Notes: generated by a model from the letters alone, not told the origin. DNA of 64,000 bases from Acidimicrobiia bacterium (GCA_035651955.1 DASRES010000038.1:767-64766); one strand, 5' to 3'. Shown: positions 52,723-62,020, numbered from the stretch's first letter. Numbers and translations: made by a program.

Positions 52723-54248
52723 GTCCGCTCCGTCGGGTGGATGACCGGCTCCTCGCCGGCGGCGTCTCCGGGCGCGGCGAGTCTACGACGCCTGATCGCG
52801 ACCGCCACCGTTGCCGCGACCGCCAGCGCGCTCCCCCACACCACCCAGTCGCCGTACCGGACGTACGGCGTCTGGCCCGTCGTCGTCGTCACCGTCCCGG
52901 TCACGACGGCGTCATGGAACAGCCGCGTGTGCCGCAGCTCGTGGCCCGACGCGTCGAACACCGCGGTGATCCCCGAGATCGACGCGTGCAGGACGGGGCG
53001 GGCCGTCTCGGCCGCGCGCATCTGGCTCGTCTCGATGTGCTGCGCCGAGTTCGACGACCGCCGATACGAGCGGTTGTTCGTCGTCACGACGATCGCCTGC
53101 GCGCCCTTGCGCACGTAGCCCCGCACGAGCGGCCCGAACGCGGACTCGAAGCAGATGATCGAACCGATCGGCTTGCCGGCGACGTGGAAGACGTGGTCGC
53201 CGTGTCCGTGGGTGAACAGCGTCTGGATCTGACGCGTCGCACCGATGTGCCCGAACACGCTCTTGAACGGGATGTACTCACCGAACGGCACGAGGTGCTG
53301 CTTCGAGTACGTCCCCTGCAGCGTCCCGTCCGGCTCGTACAGCAGGTTCGTGTTGAACGACCGACCACTCGCGTCCGTGGTGATCGCGTTCGCGAGGACG
53401 TCGGCACCGTGCGCGCGCGCGACGTCGACGAGCGCGGCGCGCGTGGGTGGGTCCTCTTCGGGATCGTTGTCGAGCGACGACTCGGGGAACACGATCAGGT
53501 CGTAGTGGCCGTGCAGCGTCGCCGCGAGCCTGAGATGGCTCTGCGTCAGGAACTCGGAGTCGATCTCCCGCTGGGTCAGATCGCGGTCCTTGTCGTTGCC
53601 CTGCAACAGCGCGTACCGCAACGTGCCCGTGGGCCGGGGCGTGAAGCGCGTGACGTCCGCGACCACGACGACGGCGACGAGGACCACGGCACCGATCGCG
53701 ACGCCGCGTACGGCCGAGAGCCGGCGGGTGCGCGCGGCGACGACGACGTCGACGACGAGCGCGCTGCACGCGACCGCGACATACGACACGAACAGCACGC
53801 CGCCCCAGCTCGCCAGCGCGCGGCCGAACCCGACGCCGTGCAGCGTGTAGCCGACCTCGCCCCACGACAGGCCGCCGACGGGCCACCGCCCGATGACGGT
53901 CTCGAACAGCACCCAGACCGCGGCGAGGAGGAACGGCGACCGGACGCCCCGCCGGGCGAGCCACGCGACGACCGCGCCCGCGCCGGCCCACGATGCCGCG
54001 AGGACGAGCACGAGCGGCACGATCGCGACCGCGCCGAAGTACCACACCCACGAGACGAGTACGCCGTAGTACGCCGCACCCGCGACGAGCCCGAGGAGCG
54101 CGGCGCGGCCCGGGGACACGTCGCGCCACGCCCACCAGAGCGGCGCGAGCGCGACGAGGCCGAGCAGGCCGACGTCGAGCGGTGGACGCGCGCACGACAG
54201 GAGCAGCCCGGCCGCGACCGCGGCGGCGAAGCGCGTCCACGCTTGCAC
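52719..54248 (-). CDS. lnt: Apolipoprotein N-acyltransferase
   Basis: Track ORF 52719..54248. It has an N-terminal polytopic membrane region and a C-terminal CN-hydrolase domain with FPE, K and the catalytic Cys context IGSIICFESAF. Confidence 0.85.
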   Translation of the reverse strand: MQAWTRFAAAVAAGLLLSCARPPLDVGLLGLVALAPLWWAWRDVSPGRAALLGLVAGAAYYGVLVSWVWYFGAVAIVPLVLVLAASWAGAGAVVAWLARRGVRSPFLLAAVWVLFETVIGRWPVGGLSWGEVGYTLHGVGFGRALASWGGVLFVSYVAVACSALVVDVVVAARTRRLSAVRGVAIGAVVLVAVVVVADVTRFTPRPTGTLRYALLQGNDKDRDLTQREIDSEFLTQSHLRLAATLHGHYDLIVFPESSLDNDPEEDPPTRAALVDVARAHGADVLANAITTDASGRSFNTNLLYEPDGTLQGTYSKQHLVPFGEYIPFKSVFGHIGATRQIQTLFTHGHGDHVFHVAGKPIGSIICFESAFGPLVRGYVRKGAQAIVVTTNNRSYRRSSNSAQHIETSQMRAAETARPVLHASISGITAVFDASGHELRHTRLFHDAVVTGTVTTTTGQTPYVRYGDWVVWGSALAVAATVAVAIRRRRLAAPGDAAGEEPVIHPTERT

Positions 54249-54425
54249 CTCCGTGCGCGTGCGCGCGTCACGCGACGGGACGCGGCCGCCGGCCGTCGGG
54301 TCGGGCGCGTCCGCTCGGCGTTCGGGCGCGGGAGCGGCGGCGGAGGTCGACAGCGGGGCGTCCCCTCGGCTCGGCAGGCGGTGCGGTCGGGTGCGGGCGA
54401 CCGGGCGCGGCGCCGCAACGTCGCG

Positions 54426-54899
54426 TCAGGCGCAGTCCCGGCAGACCATCTTGGCCTCGTCCGCGAGCTGGGTGCGAGGCAGGACGAGGAAGCACGACGA
54501 GCAGAGGAACTCGTCGGCCCGGCGGGGCAGGATCCGACCGGAGCCGTCGCCGCGGTCGTCCGTCTCGGCCTCGTCGTCCTCCAGCTCCTCGTCGTCCTCG
54601 AGGCTGCCGCTCGCGGTCCGCTCGAGCAGCAGGACGTCGAGCGGCTCCTCGACGTCGTCGGGGTGCAGCTCCTCGTCGAGGTCGACGATCTCGTCGTCTT
54701 CTTCGTCGGTCGTCGTCAGCGCGGCGGGCGAGGTCGGGACCTCGATGTCGGTCTCCTCGACGGCCTCCTCGTCGTCGATGACGTCGACGTCGAGGTCGTC
54801 GTCGTCCTCGTCGAGCTCGAGCGCCTCGTCGTCCTCGTCGAGCTCGAGGTCCTCGTCGTCCAGATCTGGTTCTTCGTCGTCGAATTCGTCTTCGGCCAT
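54426..54899 (-). CDS. DUF4193 family protein (hyper-acidic N-terminus, C-terminal Cys-pair motif)
   Basis: Track ORF 54426..54899. An Asp/Glu-rich region is followed by RRADEFLCSSCFLVLPRTQLADEAKMVCRDCA, the typical DUF4193 ending found in actinobacteria. Confidence 0.8.
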   Translation of the reverse strand: MAEDEFDDEEPDLDDEDLELDEDDEALELDEDDDDLDVDVIDDEEAVEETDIEVPTSPAALTTTDEEDDEIVDLDEELHPDDVEEPLDVLLLERTASGSLEDDEELEDDEAETDDRGDGSGRILPRRADEFLCSSCFLVLPRTQLADEAKMVCRDCA

Positions 54900-55006
54900 G
54901 GGTGTGCTCCACCGCGACGCGTCGGGCAGTGCGCGACTCCCCTACCCGACCTTCGCTCGCGACAACTCGGGGGGCGGAAACGTCTCTCGGGCGAGCGGGG
55001 TGCGGG

Positions 55007-55012
55007 AGTATA
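55007..55012 (-). promoter_or_regulatory. Candidate -10 box TATACT upstream of the DUF4193 gene
   Basis: The complement of 55007-55012 reads TATACT, about 105 nt upstream of the ATG at 54899. No convincing -35 is present. Confidence 0.25.
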
Positions 55013-55091
55013 ACCCCGGCCCCCACGCCCAATTGCACGCGCCTGAACACCGCGCGACGCGTTCGCATTCCGGGCGCGTGCCCGCGTTTGG

Positions 55092-55182
55092 AAGAGGCAC
55101 CTCGCGTGCAAGCAGCCGTTGGCCGCCCGTAGCGGCGAGCGTCCGCGGGCCGGGTATCCCGGCCCGCAGCGAGCGCGTCAGA
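55092..55182 (-). repeat. Dispersed 91-bp repeat, copy 2 (inverted relative to copy 1), hairpin at 55145-55167
   Basis: The reverse complement matches 37466-37556, with a 52-nt identical core TCTGACGCGCTCGCTGCGGGCCGGGATACCCGGCCCGCGGACGCTCGCCGCT. Coordinates were cross-checked against the frame of track ORF 54253..55443. Confidence 0.8.
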
Positions 55183-55563
55183 CAAGCAAGAGCGCGTCCA
55201 AAGAAACGAGAGGCCCAGGAGGCCGTTGGGGCCGCTGTGTGGCCCGCGCCGGAGACCGGCCGGGTTGTCGCAGCGTTCTCTACTTGGCCTCCTGGACCCC
55301 CGGTCCCTCATGCCCCCTTCCCGCGGGGCTCAGGGCCTCGCCGGAAGGCCCACGACCGGCAACAGGGTGCGGGGACGCTCAGTAGTGAGCCCGAGAAGAG
55401 GCCCTCGTGTCAAGCGGGGCGCGGGCCGCCCGCGACGCGCTGACCTGCGTGGTCGCGCATCCCTGCAGGTCATGCCGTCCGAGAATTTCTCGGGGTCGCG
55501 CGCACGCGCCGCCGGAGTCCGCGCGCGCAGCGCGCGGCACACCGCTCGGCTCAGCTGCCCGGC

Positions 55564-57168
55564 TCAGCTGCTCGGCGCGGTGCGTCGCCGCTCGGCCGCT
55601 CGTTCGGACTCGAGCCGCTCGAGGTCGTACGCGCCGTGGTCGACGAACTGCATGGCTTCCGCGATCACCCGGTGACCGGCCTCCTCCGCGATCAGCCGGT
55701 GCATCTCCTGTGCGACCCGCCGGTACGCGGGGTGACCCTGCGGTGAGCTGCGCAGCTCGAGGAGATGGAACGCCTCGCGCGCGTTCATCTGCATCACGAA
55801 CCGGATCCGGTACGCGAGTGACACCGCGTACGGCGCGTGCTCGGGGAAGTGCGGTGCGAGCGCGTCGTACAGCGTCGCGCTGCGTTGCATCGCGTCGTCG
55901 AAGTGATCGACGACGCCGGCTTCGTGCACCGCGTCCGGCACCTCGTACCCGTGCTGTGGTGTGAGCGGCTGCCACTCGATCGTCAGCATGCGGTGTCGTT
56001 GCAGGTCGCGGAACGCGCCGTAGTCCGACAGCACGTCGAAGCGGTACGACGTCCGCTCGAACGCGCGTCCCGGCTTGTGCCTGCGGTTCGTCCGCTCCCC
56101 CACCGCCGCGCGCATGATCGCGAGCTTGTCCTCCGCGCCGAGCCTCCGGACGCGTGCGAGCACCTGGTCCTCGGGGAGGTTCGTGTACGGGTAGCAGATC
56201 GCGGCGAGCACCTTGTCCTCGCCGTCGGGATCGAAGTCCGTGAGGGTCACCGCCGGGCGCGGCTCCGGCGGCTCGGCGCCGAAGATCCGGTACGCGACGT
56301 CGGCCGCGTCGACCCGCACGTCCTCGAGGTACCGGCTCCACGCCACGCCGCGTTCGGGGCGGTCGACGCGGCTCAGGAACGACGGGATCACCTTGCGCAG
56401 CTCGTGCAGCATCATGTCCGCGTAGCTGCGGGCCTCGGGGAGCGGGTGCGCGCGCATCCGGAGGAGCAGTGCCTCGAACGCCTGGCCCGTGCCGTAGATG
56501 CCGACGTTGGAGAGCGTCGCCGCGGGGAGGATCCCGCGGATCGCGTCGCAGGCCTTCGCCTTGATCGTCTGCTTGTAGACGAAGTCGGAGTCGCCGGGTT
56601 CCTTCGGGTAGCGGTCGCGCGCCCACTCGAGCATGACGGGCAACAGCGAGCGGTACGTGTCGAAGAAGCCGTCCATGTCGGCGACGTAGCGCGCGCCGAC
56701 TGCGGAGCTGGTGATGGCCGGGTCGCGCCAGTAGCGGTAGCGGCCGCCGAGCCGGACGTCGTAGGGGATGTAGCGCGTCGACTGCTCGAGGTACGCCATG
56801 AGCCGGCCCCACTCGAGCACCTTCGTCAGGAGGTTCGACGCCTGCTCGCACGCGAGGTGCACGCCGCCGAGCTGCGCGACCGAGTCGTCGCCGTACTCGA
56901 CGAAGACGCGCTCGTACAGCTCCTCGGCGCGGCGGAGCCCGATCGTGGCGTCGACGGTCAGATCACCGGTGAGGTCCAGGTTGCCGACGAACTCGTCGAG
57001 GAACAGGCGGCGGAGGCTCTTCGAGCTCCGGGAGTACCTCGCGAAGAGTGCGCCCTTGACCACCTCCGGGAGGTTGACCAGCGCGAACACCGGACCCCGG
57101 AGGTTCGAGAAGTACGGCCGGAGGATCGCCGCCTCGTCCTCGCTGAACTCCTCGTCGACGTACAGCAT
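55564..57168 (-). CDS. thyX: Tandem-domain ThyX-like FAD-dependent thymidylate synthase family protein (534 aa)
   Basis: Track ORF 55564..57168. The second half carries the ThyX signature context FRDLQRHRM… and …NAREAFHLLELRSSPQGHPAYRRVAQEM. The first half has the degenerate equivalent ALFARYSRSSKSLRRL. It is about twice the length of ordinary ThyX. Confidence 0.75.
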   Translation of the reverse strand: MLYVDEEFSEDEAAILRPYFSNLRGPVFALVNLPEVVKGALFARYSRSSKSLRRLFLDEFVGNLDLTGDLTVDATIGLRRAEELYERVFVEYGDDSVAQLGGVHLACEQASNLLTKVLEWGRLMAYLEQSTRYIPYDVRLGGRYRYWRDPAITSSAVGARYVADMDGFFDTYRSLLPVMLEWARDRYPKEPGDSDFVYKQTIKAKACDAIRGILPAATLSNVGIYGTGQAFEALLLRMRAHPLPEARSYADMMLHELRKVIPSFLSRVDRPERGVAWSRYLEDVRVDAADVAYRIFGAEPPEPRPAVTLTDFDPDGEDKVLAAICYPYTNLPEDQVLARVRRLGAEDKLAIMRAAVGERTNRRHKPGRAFERTSYRFDVLSDYGAFRDLQRHRMLTIEWQPLTPQHGYEVPDAVHEAGVVDHFDDAMQRSATLYDALAPHFPEHAPYAVSLAYRIRFVMQMNAREAFHLLELRSSPQGHPAYRRVAQEMHRLIAEEAGHRVIAEAMQFVDHGAYDLERLESERAAERRRTAPSS

Positions 57169-57224
57169 GGACTGCCGAGCGTACCGGGAGGGGTTGCCCG
57201 CGATGGCGGATGATCGCGCCTCGC

Positions 57225-57872
57225 CTACAGGAGGAGCCTCAGGCTCGCTGGTCTCACCTCGACCGTGAGCGTGAGCGTTCGTCCTGACCGGTGGCCGTCG
57301 ATCTCCACCGGGAGCGCACGTCCCGCGGTGACCACGACCCGCTTCCCGGTGACCTGCGTGATCCGCGGATGCGGGACGTGCGTGCCGGTCGCGAGCCGGC
57401 GGCGCATGCCGGCACGCTCCCCGGGCGTGAGCGCGTACACCTGTACCTCGAAGCGCCCGTCGCCCGGATGCCCGCGCGGAACGGCATCGAGGCCTCCGAG
57501 GAACTGGCCGTTCGCGACGACGACGGCCGTCGCGCGGCCCGTGAAGCGGTCACGACCGTCGACCTCGACACGGACGCTCGCCGCTCGCGACCACGCGCGC
57601 ACGCGATCCGGCCGGGTGCCGAGCACGACTGCGTTGACGGCATCGCGCGCGCCGTCGACGCGCAGGACGTCGAGCGCGACTTCGATGCCGGCGTCTGAAG
57701 ACCCCGTCAACCCCAACGCGCGCGCGATCTCCGACGCTTCGGACGGCACCAAACGCACGAGCGCGCCCGGCGCGTCGCGCAGCGTCGCGGCGAGGGTGGC
57801 GTCGTCGCCGTGCACGGTGACGTCCGGCGACGCGTCGGTGCGCGCGCCCCACGGCTCGCCCTTCCGGATCAC
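57225..57872 (-). CDS. Hypothetical protein resembling only the accessory (C-terminal) domain of DAG/lipid kinases (YegS/DagK family)
   Basis: Track ORF 57225..57872. It has VVVANGQFLGGLDAVPRGHPGDGRFEVQV…PVEIDGH, but no GGDGT nucleotide-binding motif is visible. Confidence 0.55.
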   Translation of the reverse strand: MIRKGEPWGARTDASPDVTVHGDDATLAATLRDAPGALVRLVPSEASEIARALGLTGSSDAGIEVALDVLRVDGARDAVNAVVLGTRPDRVRAWSRAASVRVEVDGRDRFTGRATAVVVANGQFLGGLDAVPRGHPGDGRFEVQVYALTPGERAGMRRRLATGTHVPHPRITQVTGKRVVVTAGRALPVEIDGHRSGRTLTLTVEVRPASLRLLL

Positions 57873-57876
57873 GTGC

Positions 57877-60489
57877 TCACGCGACGACGCTCGACGCCGC
57901 GACGACGCCGCGGAAGCACGCGTCGGCCGCCGACGCCGCGGCCGCGCGCACGTGCGGGTCGGCCGCGACCTCCGACACCTGTCGCAGGAGGTCGATGCAC
58001 TGCTTCACCTGGCGCACGAAGTCCCCGCCCGTCAGCTCGTCGTCGAGGACGTCGGCCAGCTCCTCGCCGGCGACCCATCCGTGCACGACGGGCGCGAACC
58101 CCGGATCGGGTGGCCGGGTCTCGGGAAGGCCCGCGTCGTCCTCGTCGCCCGCGAGGTCGCGTGCGAGGCGCTCGAGCTCGCGCCACCGGCGCGACAGGCG
58201 GGACGTCGGCCAGCGCGGCAACGCGGTCCGGCCCGCCTCGGGCCCGCGTCGTTCGTAGGTGAAGCACGACGCGAGCGCGGCCGTCTCGGGGCCGTCGAGA
58301 TCGTCGAACAAGCCGTTCTCGAGCGCCTCGGCGACGAGGAGGTCGGCCTCCGTGTAGAGACGCGCGAGCTGGCGTCCGGCGTCCGTCAACGACCAGCCCT
58401 CGACGTAGCCGCGTGCCTCGAGCACGCGCAGCACGCGGTCGAACTGGCGCGCCAGCGTGTCGCTGCGGCCGCGGATCCTCCGCTCGAGACGTTCGATGTC
58501 GCGCTGCAGCCGGTCGACGCCCGCGAGCGCTCGCGTACGGCCGACGGCACCGCGGTCGCGCGCACGGTCGCTGCGCCCGTCGTCGTCGCGCGGTCGTGGC
58601 TGTGGCGCGCGCAACCGGACGCGCCGCAGCGCGTCCGCCGCCTCGCGACGGAACCCCGGGCTCTTCGGCGCGTACGGGCGCGGCAGCTCGATGCTCGCGA
58701 GCGCTACGGGTGGCTCGTGGAAGTCGCGCGGTCGCAGTTGCACCAGGTCGCGGCTCGCGGTCAGCGCGAGGACCTGGTCGCCACGGGCGCGCGCGTGCCG
58801 GAGGACGACGACGCGCCCGCCGCGCTTGCCGACCAGGAGCACGTCGCCGGGACGAAGGCGCCCGAGCCGCTCCGCGATGCGGCTGCGTCCGTCGTCGCGA
58901 CGCTCGAGGTCGGCACGCTCGCTCGCGCGCCGGTACGCGTCGACGTCGCCGGCGTCGATCCCCCCGGTCGCGAGCTGGCGCGCGAGGAGCTCCCGGTCAC
59001 GCTCGAGGCGCCGCTCGAGCGTCACGGTGTCGCGGTCGGTGCGGTACTGCGCGAACGACAGGTTCAGGAGGTGGTGCGCGACGTCGCGCGGGTACCGGTG
59101 CACGAGGTTGACCGCCATGTTGTACGTCGGTCGGAACGACGAGGTGAGCGCGTACGTCCGGCGCGACGCGAGCCCCGCGACCTGGTCGAAGGGCACGAAC
59201 GGGCTCCAGAAGACGATCGCGTAGCCGGCGTCGTCGATGCCGCGCCGCCCGGCGCGCCCGGTCAGCTGCGTGTACTCGCCCGGCGTCAGGAACTCGTGGT
59301 GCTCCCCCGTGAACTTCGAGAGCTTCTCGATCACGACCGACCGCGCCGGCATGTTGATCCCGAGCGCGAGCGTCTCGGTCGCGAACACGACCTTCACGAG
59401 ACCGGCGGCGAACGCCTCTTCGACCGCCTCCTTCATCGGCGGGACCATCCCCGCGTGGTGCGCGGCGACGCCCGACTCCAGCGCCGCCGCCCACCGCTCG
59501 TACCCGAGAAGGTCCAGATCGTCGTCGGCGAGCCCGTCGGTGTGGCGCTCGGCGATGCGCCGGATCTCGGCGCGCTCGTGTGACTCCGTCAACCGGACGC
59601 CGGCCGCGACGCACTGGTCCACCGCGGCGTCGCAGCCTGCCCGGCTGAACACGAAGAAGATCGCGGGCAGCATCTGCTCGCTCGCGAGCCGCTCGACGGT
59701 CTCGACGCGTCCGGGCGTCCGCAAGCGGAGCCGCGCTCGACCGCGTGGTCCCGCGCCGCGATGCCCGCGGGCGTCGAGTCGCGCTGCCTCGGGGTTCGGG
59801 CGCTCCTCGTCGTCGATGCGGACGAACGTCGGCAACAGGTGCAGCGCGTCGCTGCCACGCTCCCCCACCAGATAGAGGTTCGTGAGCTCGACGGGCCGGC
59901 GCTCCTCGATGACGGCGCGCGTCTCGCCGCGCACGGTGCGCAGCCAGTCCGCGAACTCCTCGGCGTTCGACACCGTCGCGGACAGGCACACGAGGTCGAC
60001 CTCTGCTGGCAGGTGGATGATCACCTCCTCCCACACCGCGCCGCGGAAGCGGTCCTGGAGGTAGTGGACCTCGTCGAGGATCACGTAGCGCAACGAGTCG
60101 AGCGCGCTCGACGCGCCGTAGATCATGTTGCGCAGCACCTCGGTCGTCATGACGACGACCGGCGCGTCGCCGTTGAGCGAGTTGTCTCCCGTCAACAGGC
60201 CGACGCGCTCGGCGCCGTGCACGCGCGCGAGATCGTGGAACTTCTGGTTCGACAGCGCCTTGAGGGGCGTCGTGTAGAACGCCTTCGCCCCCTCCGCGAG
60301 CGCGCGTGCGATCGCGTACTCAGCGACGAGCGTCTTGCCCGAGCCCGTCGGCGCCGCGACGAGCACGGACTCGCCCGCGTCGAGCGCGTCGAGCGCGTGC
60401 TGCTGGAACGCGTCGAGCCCGAACCGCAGCCCCGACTCGAAGCTGTCGCGGAGGCGACCCGCGCGCGCCGGCGGGCCGGCGACGGTCAC
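57877..60489 (-). CDS. helY: Ski2-like DEAD/DEAH-box RNA helicase HelY
   Basis: Track ORF 57877..60732 trimmed to GTG 60489. Motif I APTGSGKT, motif II DEVH, motif III SAT, plus the C-terminal Ski2/DSHCT-like region. It is followed upstream by tatC and tatA, as in mycobacteria. Confidence 0.85.
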   Translation of the reverse strand: MTVAGPPARAGRLRDSFESGLRFGLDAFQQHALDALDAGESVLVAAPTGSGKTLVAEYAIARALAEGAKAFYTTPLKALSNQKFHDLARVHGAERVGLLTGDNSLNGDAPVVVMTTEVLRNMIYGASSALDSLRYVILDEVHYLQDRFRGAVWEEVIIHLPAEVDLVCLSATVSNAEEFADWLRTVRGETRAVIEERRPVELTNLYLVGERGSDALHLLPTFVRIDDEERPNPEAARLDARGHRGAGPRGRARLRLRTPGRVETVERLASEQMLPAIFFVFSRAGCDAAVDQCVAAGVRLTESHERAEIRRIAERHTDGLADDDLDLLGYERWAAALESGVAAHHAGMVPPMKEAVEEAFAAGLVKVVFATETLALGINMPARSVVIEKLSKFTGEHHEFLTPGEYTQLTGRAGRRGIDDAGYAIVFWSPFVPFDQVAGLASRRTYALTSSFRPTYNMAVNLVHRYPRDVAHHLLNLSFAQYRTDRDTVTLERRLERDRELLARQLATGGIDAGDVDAYRRASERADLERRDDGRSRIAERLGRLRPGDVLLVGKRGGRVVVLRHARARGDQVLALTASRDLVQLRPRDFHEPPVALASIELPRPYAPKSPGFRREAADALRRVRLRAPQPRPRDDDGRSDRARDRGAVGRTRALAGVDRLQRDIERLERRIRGRSDTLARQFDRVLRVLEARGYVEGWSLTDAGRQLARLYTEADLLVAEALENGLFDDLDGPETAALASCFTYERRGPEAGRTALPRWPTSRLSRRWRELERLARDLAGDEDDAGLPETRPPDPGFAPVVHGWVAGEELADVLDDELTGGDFVRQVKQCIDLLRQVSEVAADPHVRAAAASAADACFRGVVAASSVVA

Positions 60490-60761
60490 GGCGCGGCGCC
60501 GGCCTTCGTCGTCGGCGTGGTCGCGCGCGGCGCTGTCGTCGCCGTCGTCGCCGGGGCCGTCGTCGCGGGGACCGTCGTGGTGCTCGCCGGGTTCGACGTC
60601 TGCACGGTCACCGGGCTGTTGCCGGACGATCCGGTCGGCCACAGATACACGATGCCCGCCGTCGCCCCGACGATCACCACCGCGGCCGCGACGGCCTTGG
60701 CGATCTCGGCCTTCGGCCGCGGCGGCCGCCACGCGTCACGGGGATGCGCCCGCTTGCTCAC
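60486..60761 (-). CDS. Small single-pass membrane protein with Thr/Pro/Ala-rich tail (91 aa)
   Basis: Track ORF 60486..60761: MSKRAHPRDAWRPPRPKAEIAKAVAAAVVIVGATAGIVYLW then …TTTVPATTAPATTATTAPRATTPTTK. Its TGA overlaps the helY GTG (GTGA). Confidence 0.55.
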   Translation of the reverse strand: MSKRAHPRDAWRPPRPKAEIAKAVAAAVVIVGATAGIVYLWPTGSSGNSPVTVQTSNPASTTTVPATTAPATTATTAPRATTPTTKAGAAP

Positions 60762-60786
60762 GTCTCGGACTCTCCCACCTGCTCGC

Positions 60787-61536
60787 TCACCGTTTGAGGA
60801 TCCTCCCGATGACGATGCACGCCTCGTAGAACACGTACATCGGGACGGCCATGAAGAACAGAGAGTACGGGTCCTGGCTCGGAGTGATCACCGCGGCGAA
60901 GATCACGATGATGAGGATCGCGGGACGCCGCCAGCGGCGGAGCTGCTCGGTGCGCAGCACGTGCGCGATGAGCAGGAACATCAGCACGACGGGGAACTCG
61001 AACGAGATCCCGAACGCGACGATCATCAGGCCGACGAGCGAGAGGTACTTGTCCGCCGTGAGCTGCGGCTGCAGCTGCGACCCGCCGATCCCGAGCAGGA
61101 ACGACAGCGCCTTCGTCAGCGTCAGCAGCGCGACCCAACCGCCCAGCGCGAACAGCAGGATCGACGACAGCAGGAACGGGACGGCGTAGCGCTTCTCGTT
61201 GGGGTTCAGCCCCGGCGTGACGAACCGCCACAGCTGCCAGAGCCAGATCGGGACCGCCAGCACGATCCCGCCGTACGTCGCGATCTTGAGGCGGATGAGG
61301 AAGGCGTCGAGCGGCCCGAGGAAGATCAGGGCATTGCGCTTCCCGTGCGTCGCGTGCTCGTAGTAGTGGACGAAGAAGCGGATGATCGACGCCGAGAAGA
61401 TGTAACAGACGATCGCGGCGCACAGGACGGCGATCAGCGAGATGAAGATCCGGCGCCGGAGCTCCGAGAGGTGCTCGACGACCGTCATGTGCGCGCCGGG
61501 CGTGCGCGGCTTCCTCCTGCGGAACGGATTGCGCAC
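60787..61536 (-). CDS. tatC: Twin-arginine translocase subunit TatC
   Basis: Track ORF 60787..61536, with VEHLSELRRRIF and six TM segments. An alternative start at Met17 is possible. Confidence 0.9.
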   Translation of the reverse strand: MRNPFRRRKPRTPGAHMTVVEHLSELRRRIFISLIAVLCAAIVCYIFSASIIRFFVHYYEHATHGKRNALIFLGPLDAFLIRLKIATYGGIVLAVPIWLWQLWRFVTPGLNPNEKRYAVPFLLSSILLFALGGWVALLTLTKALSFLLGIGGSQLQPQLTADKYLSLVGLMIVAFGISFEFPVVLMFLLIAHVLRTEQLRRWRRPAILIIVIFAAVITPSQDPYSLFFMAVPMYVFYEACIVIGRILKR

Positions 61537-61545
61537 GAGGTGAGC

Positions 61546-62013
61546 TCAGGACGCGGCCGGCGGGCGTGGCGCGCGGAAACGTGACGGCGCGGCGGCCGCG
61601 CGAGTCGTCGCGACCACTGCCGCCGGCTTCACGGCGGCTGCCGGAGCGGTGGGCACGCGGGGCACGGAGGCCATCCTCGTCCCGGCCGGGGTCCGGAACC
61701 GGGAGGGCATCGCGCTCGGCGGCGGGCCGGGGACGGGACGGGCGGGCGCGCTGCGGAGCGGCCGGGGACGGGGTGCCGGCACGGGCGACGCCGGCAGCTC
61801 GGTCGGGACGGGGTGGAACGGCGAGCCGTCGGCCTCGTCGTCGTCGTGGAGGTCGAGGAGGTCGGCGACGTCGCCCCGCAGGTTCTCCTGGAGCTTGCGG
61901 ATCTCGCGCATGCCCCGGCCGACCTGACGTGCGACCTCGGGGATCTTGTTCGGCCCGAACACGAGGAGCGCGACGAGGAGGATGACGAGGATCTCCGGAC
62001 CGCCGAGGTTCAC
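61546..62013 (-). CDS. tatA: Twin-arginine translocase subunit TatA/E with a long Pro/Ala-rich tail
   Basis: Track ORF 61546..62013 (GTG start). Sequence: NLGGPEILVILLVALLVFGPNKIPEVARQVGRGMREIRK. Confidence 0.85.
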   Translation of the reverse strand: MNLGGPEILVILLVALLVFGPNKIPEVARQVGRGMREIRKLQENLRGDVADLLDLHDDDEADGSPFHPVPTELPASPVPAPRPRPLRSAPARPVPGPPPSAMPSRFRTPAGTRMASVPRVPTAPAAAVKPAAVVATTRAAAAPSRFRAPRPPAAS

Positions 62014-62020
62014 GGCTCGA

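Noticed and set aside
54253-55443. 396-aa plus-strand ORF with a long poly-Ser region opposite the DUF4193 gene.
   Set aside because: The Ser run is simply the antisense reading of the Asp/Glu-rich (GAC/GAG-repeat) DUF4193 coding sequence. The remainder crosses the structured intergenic region and has no protein-like features.
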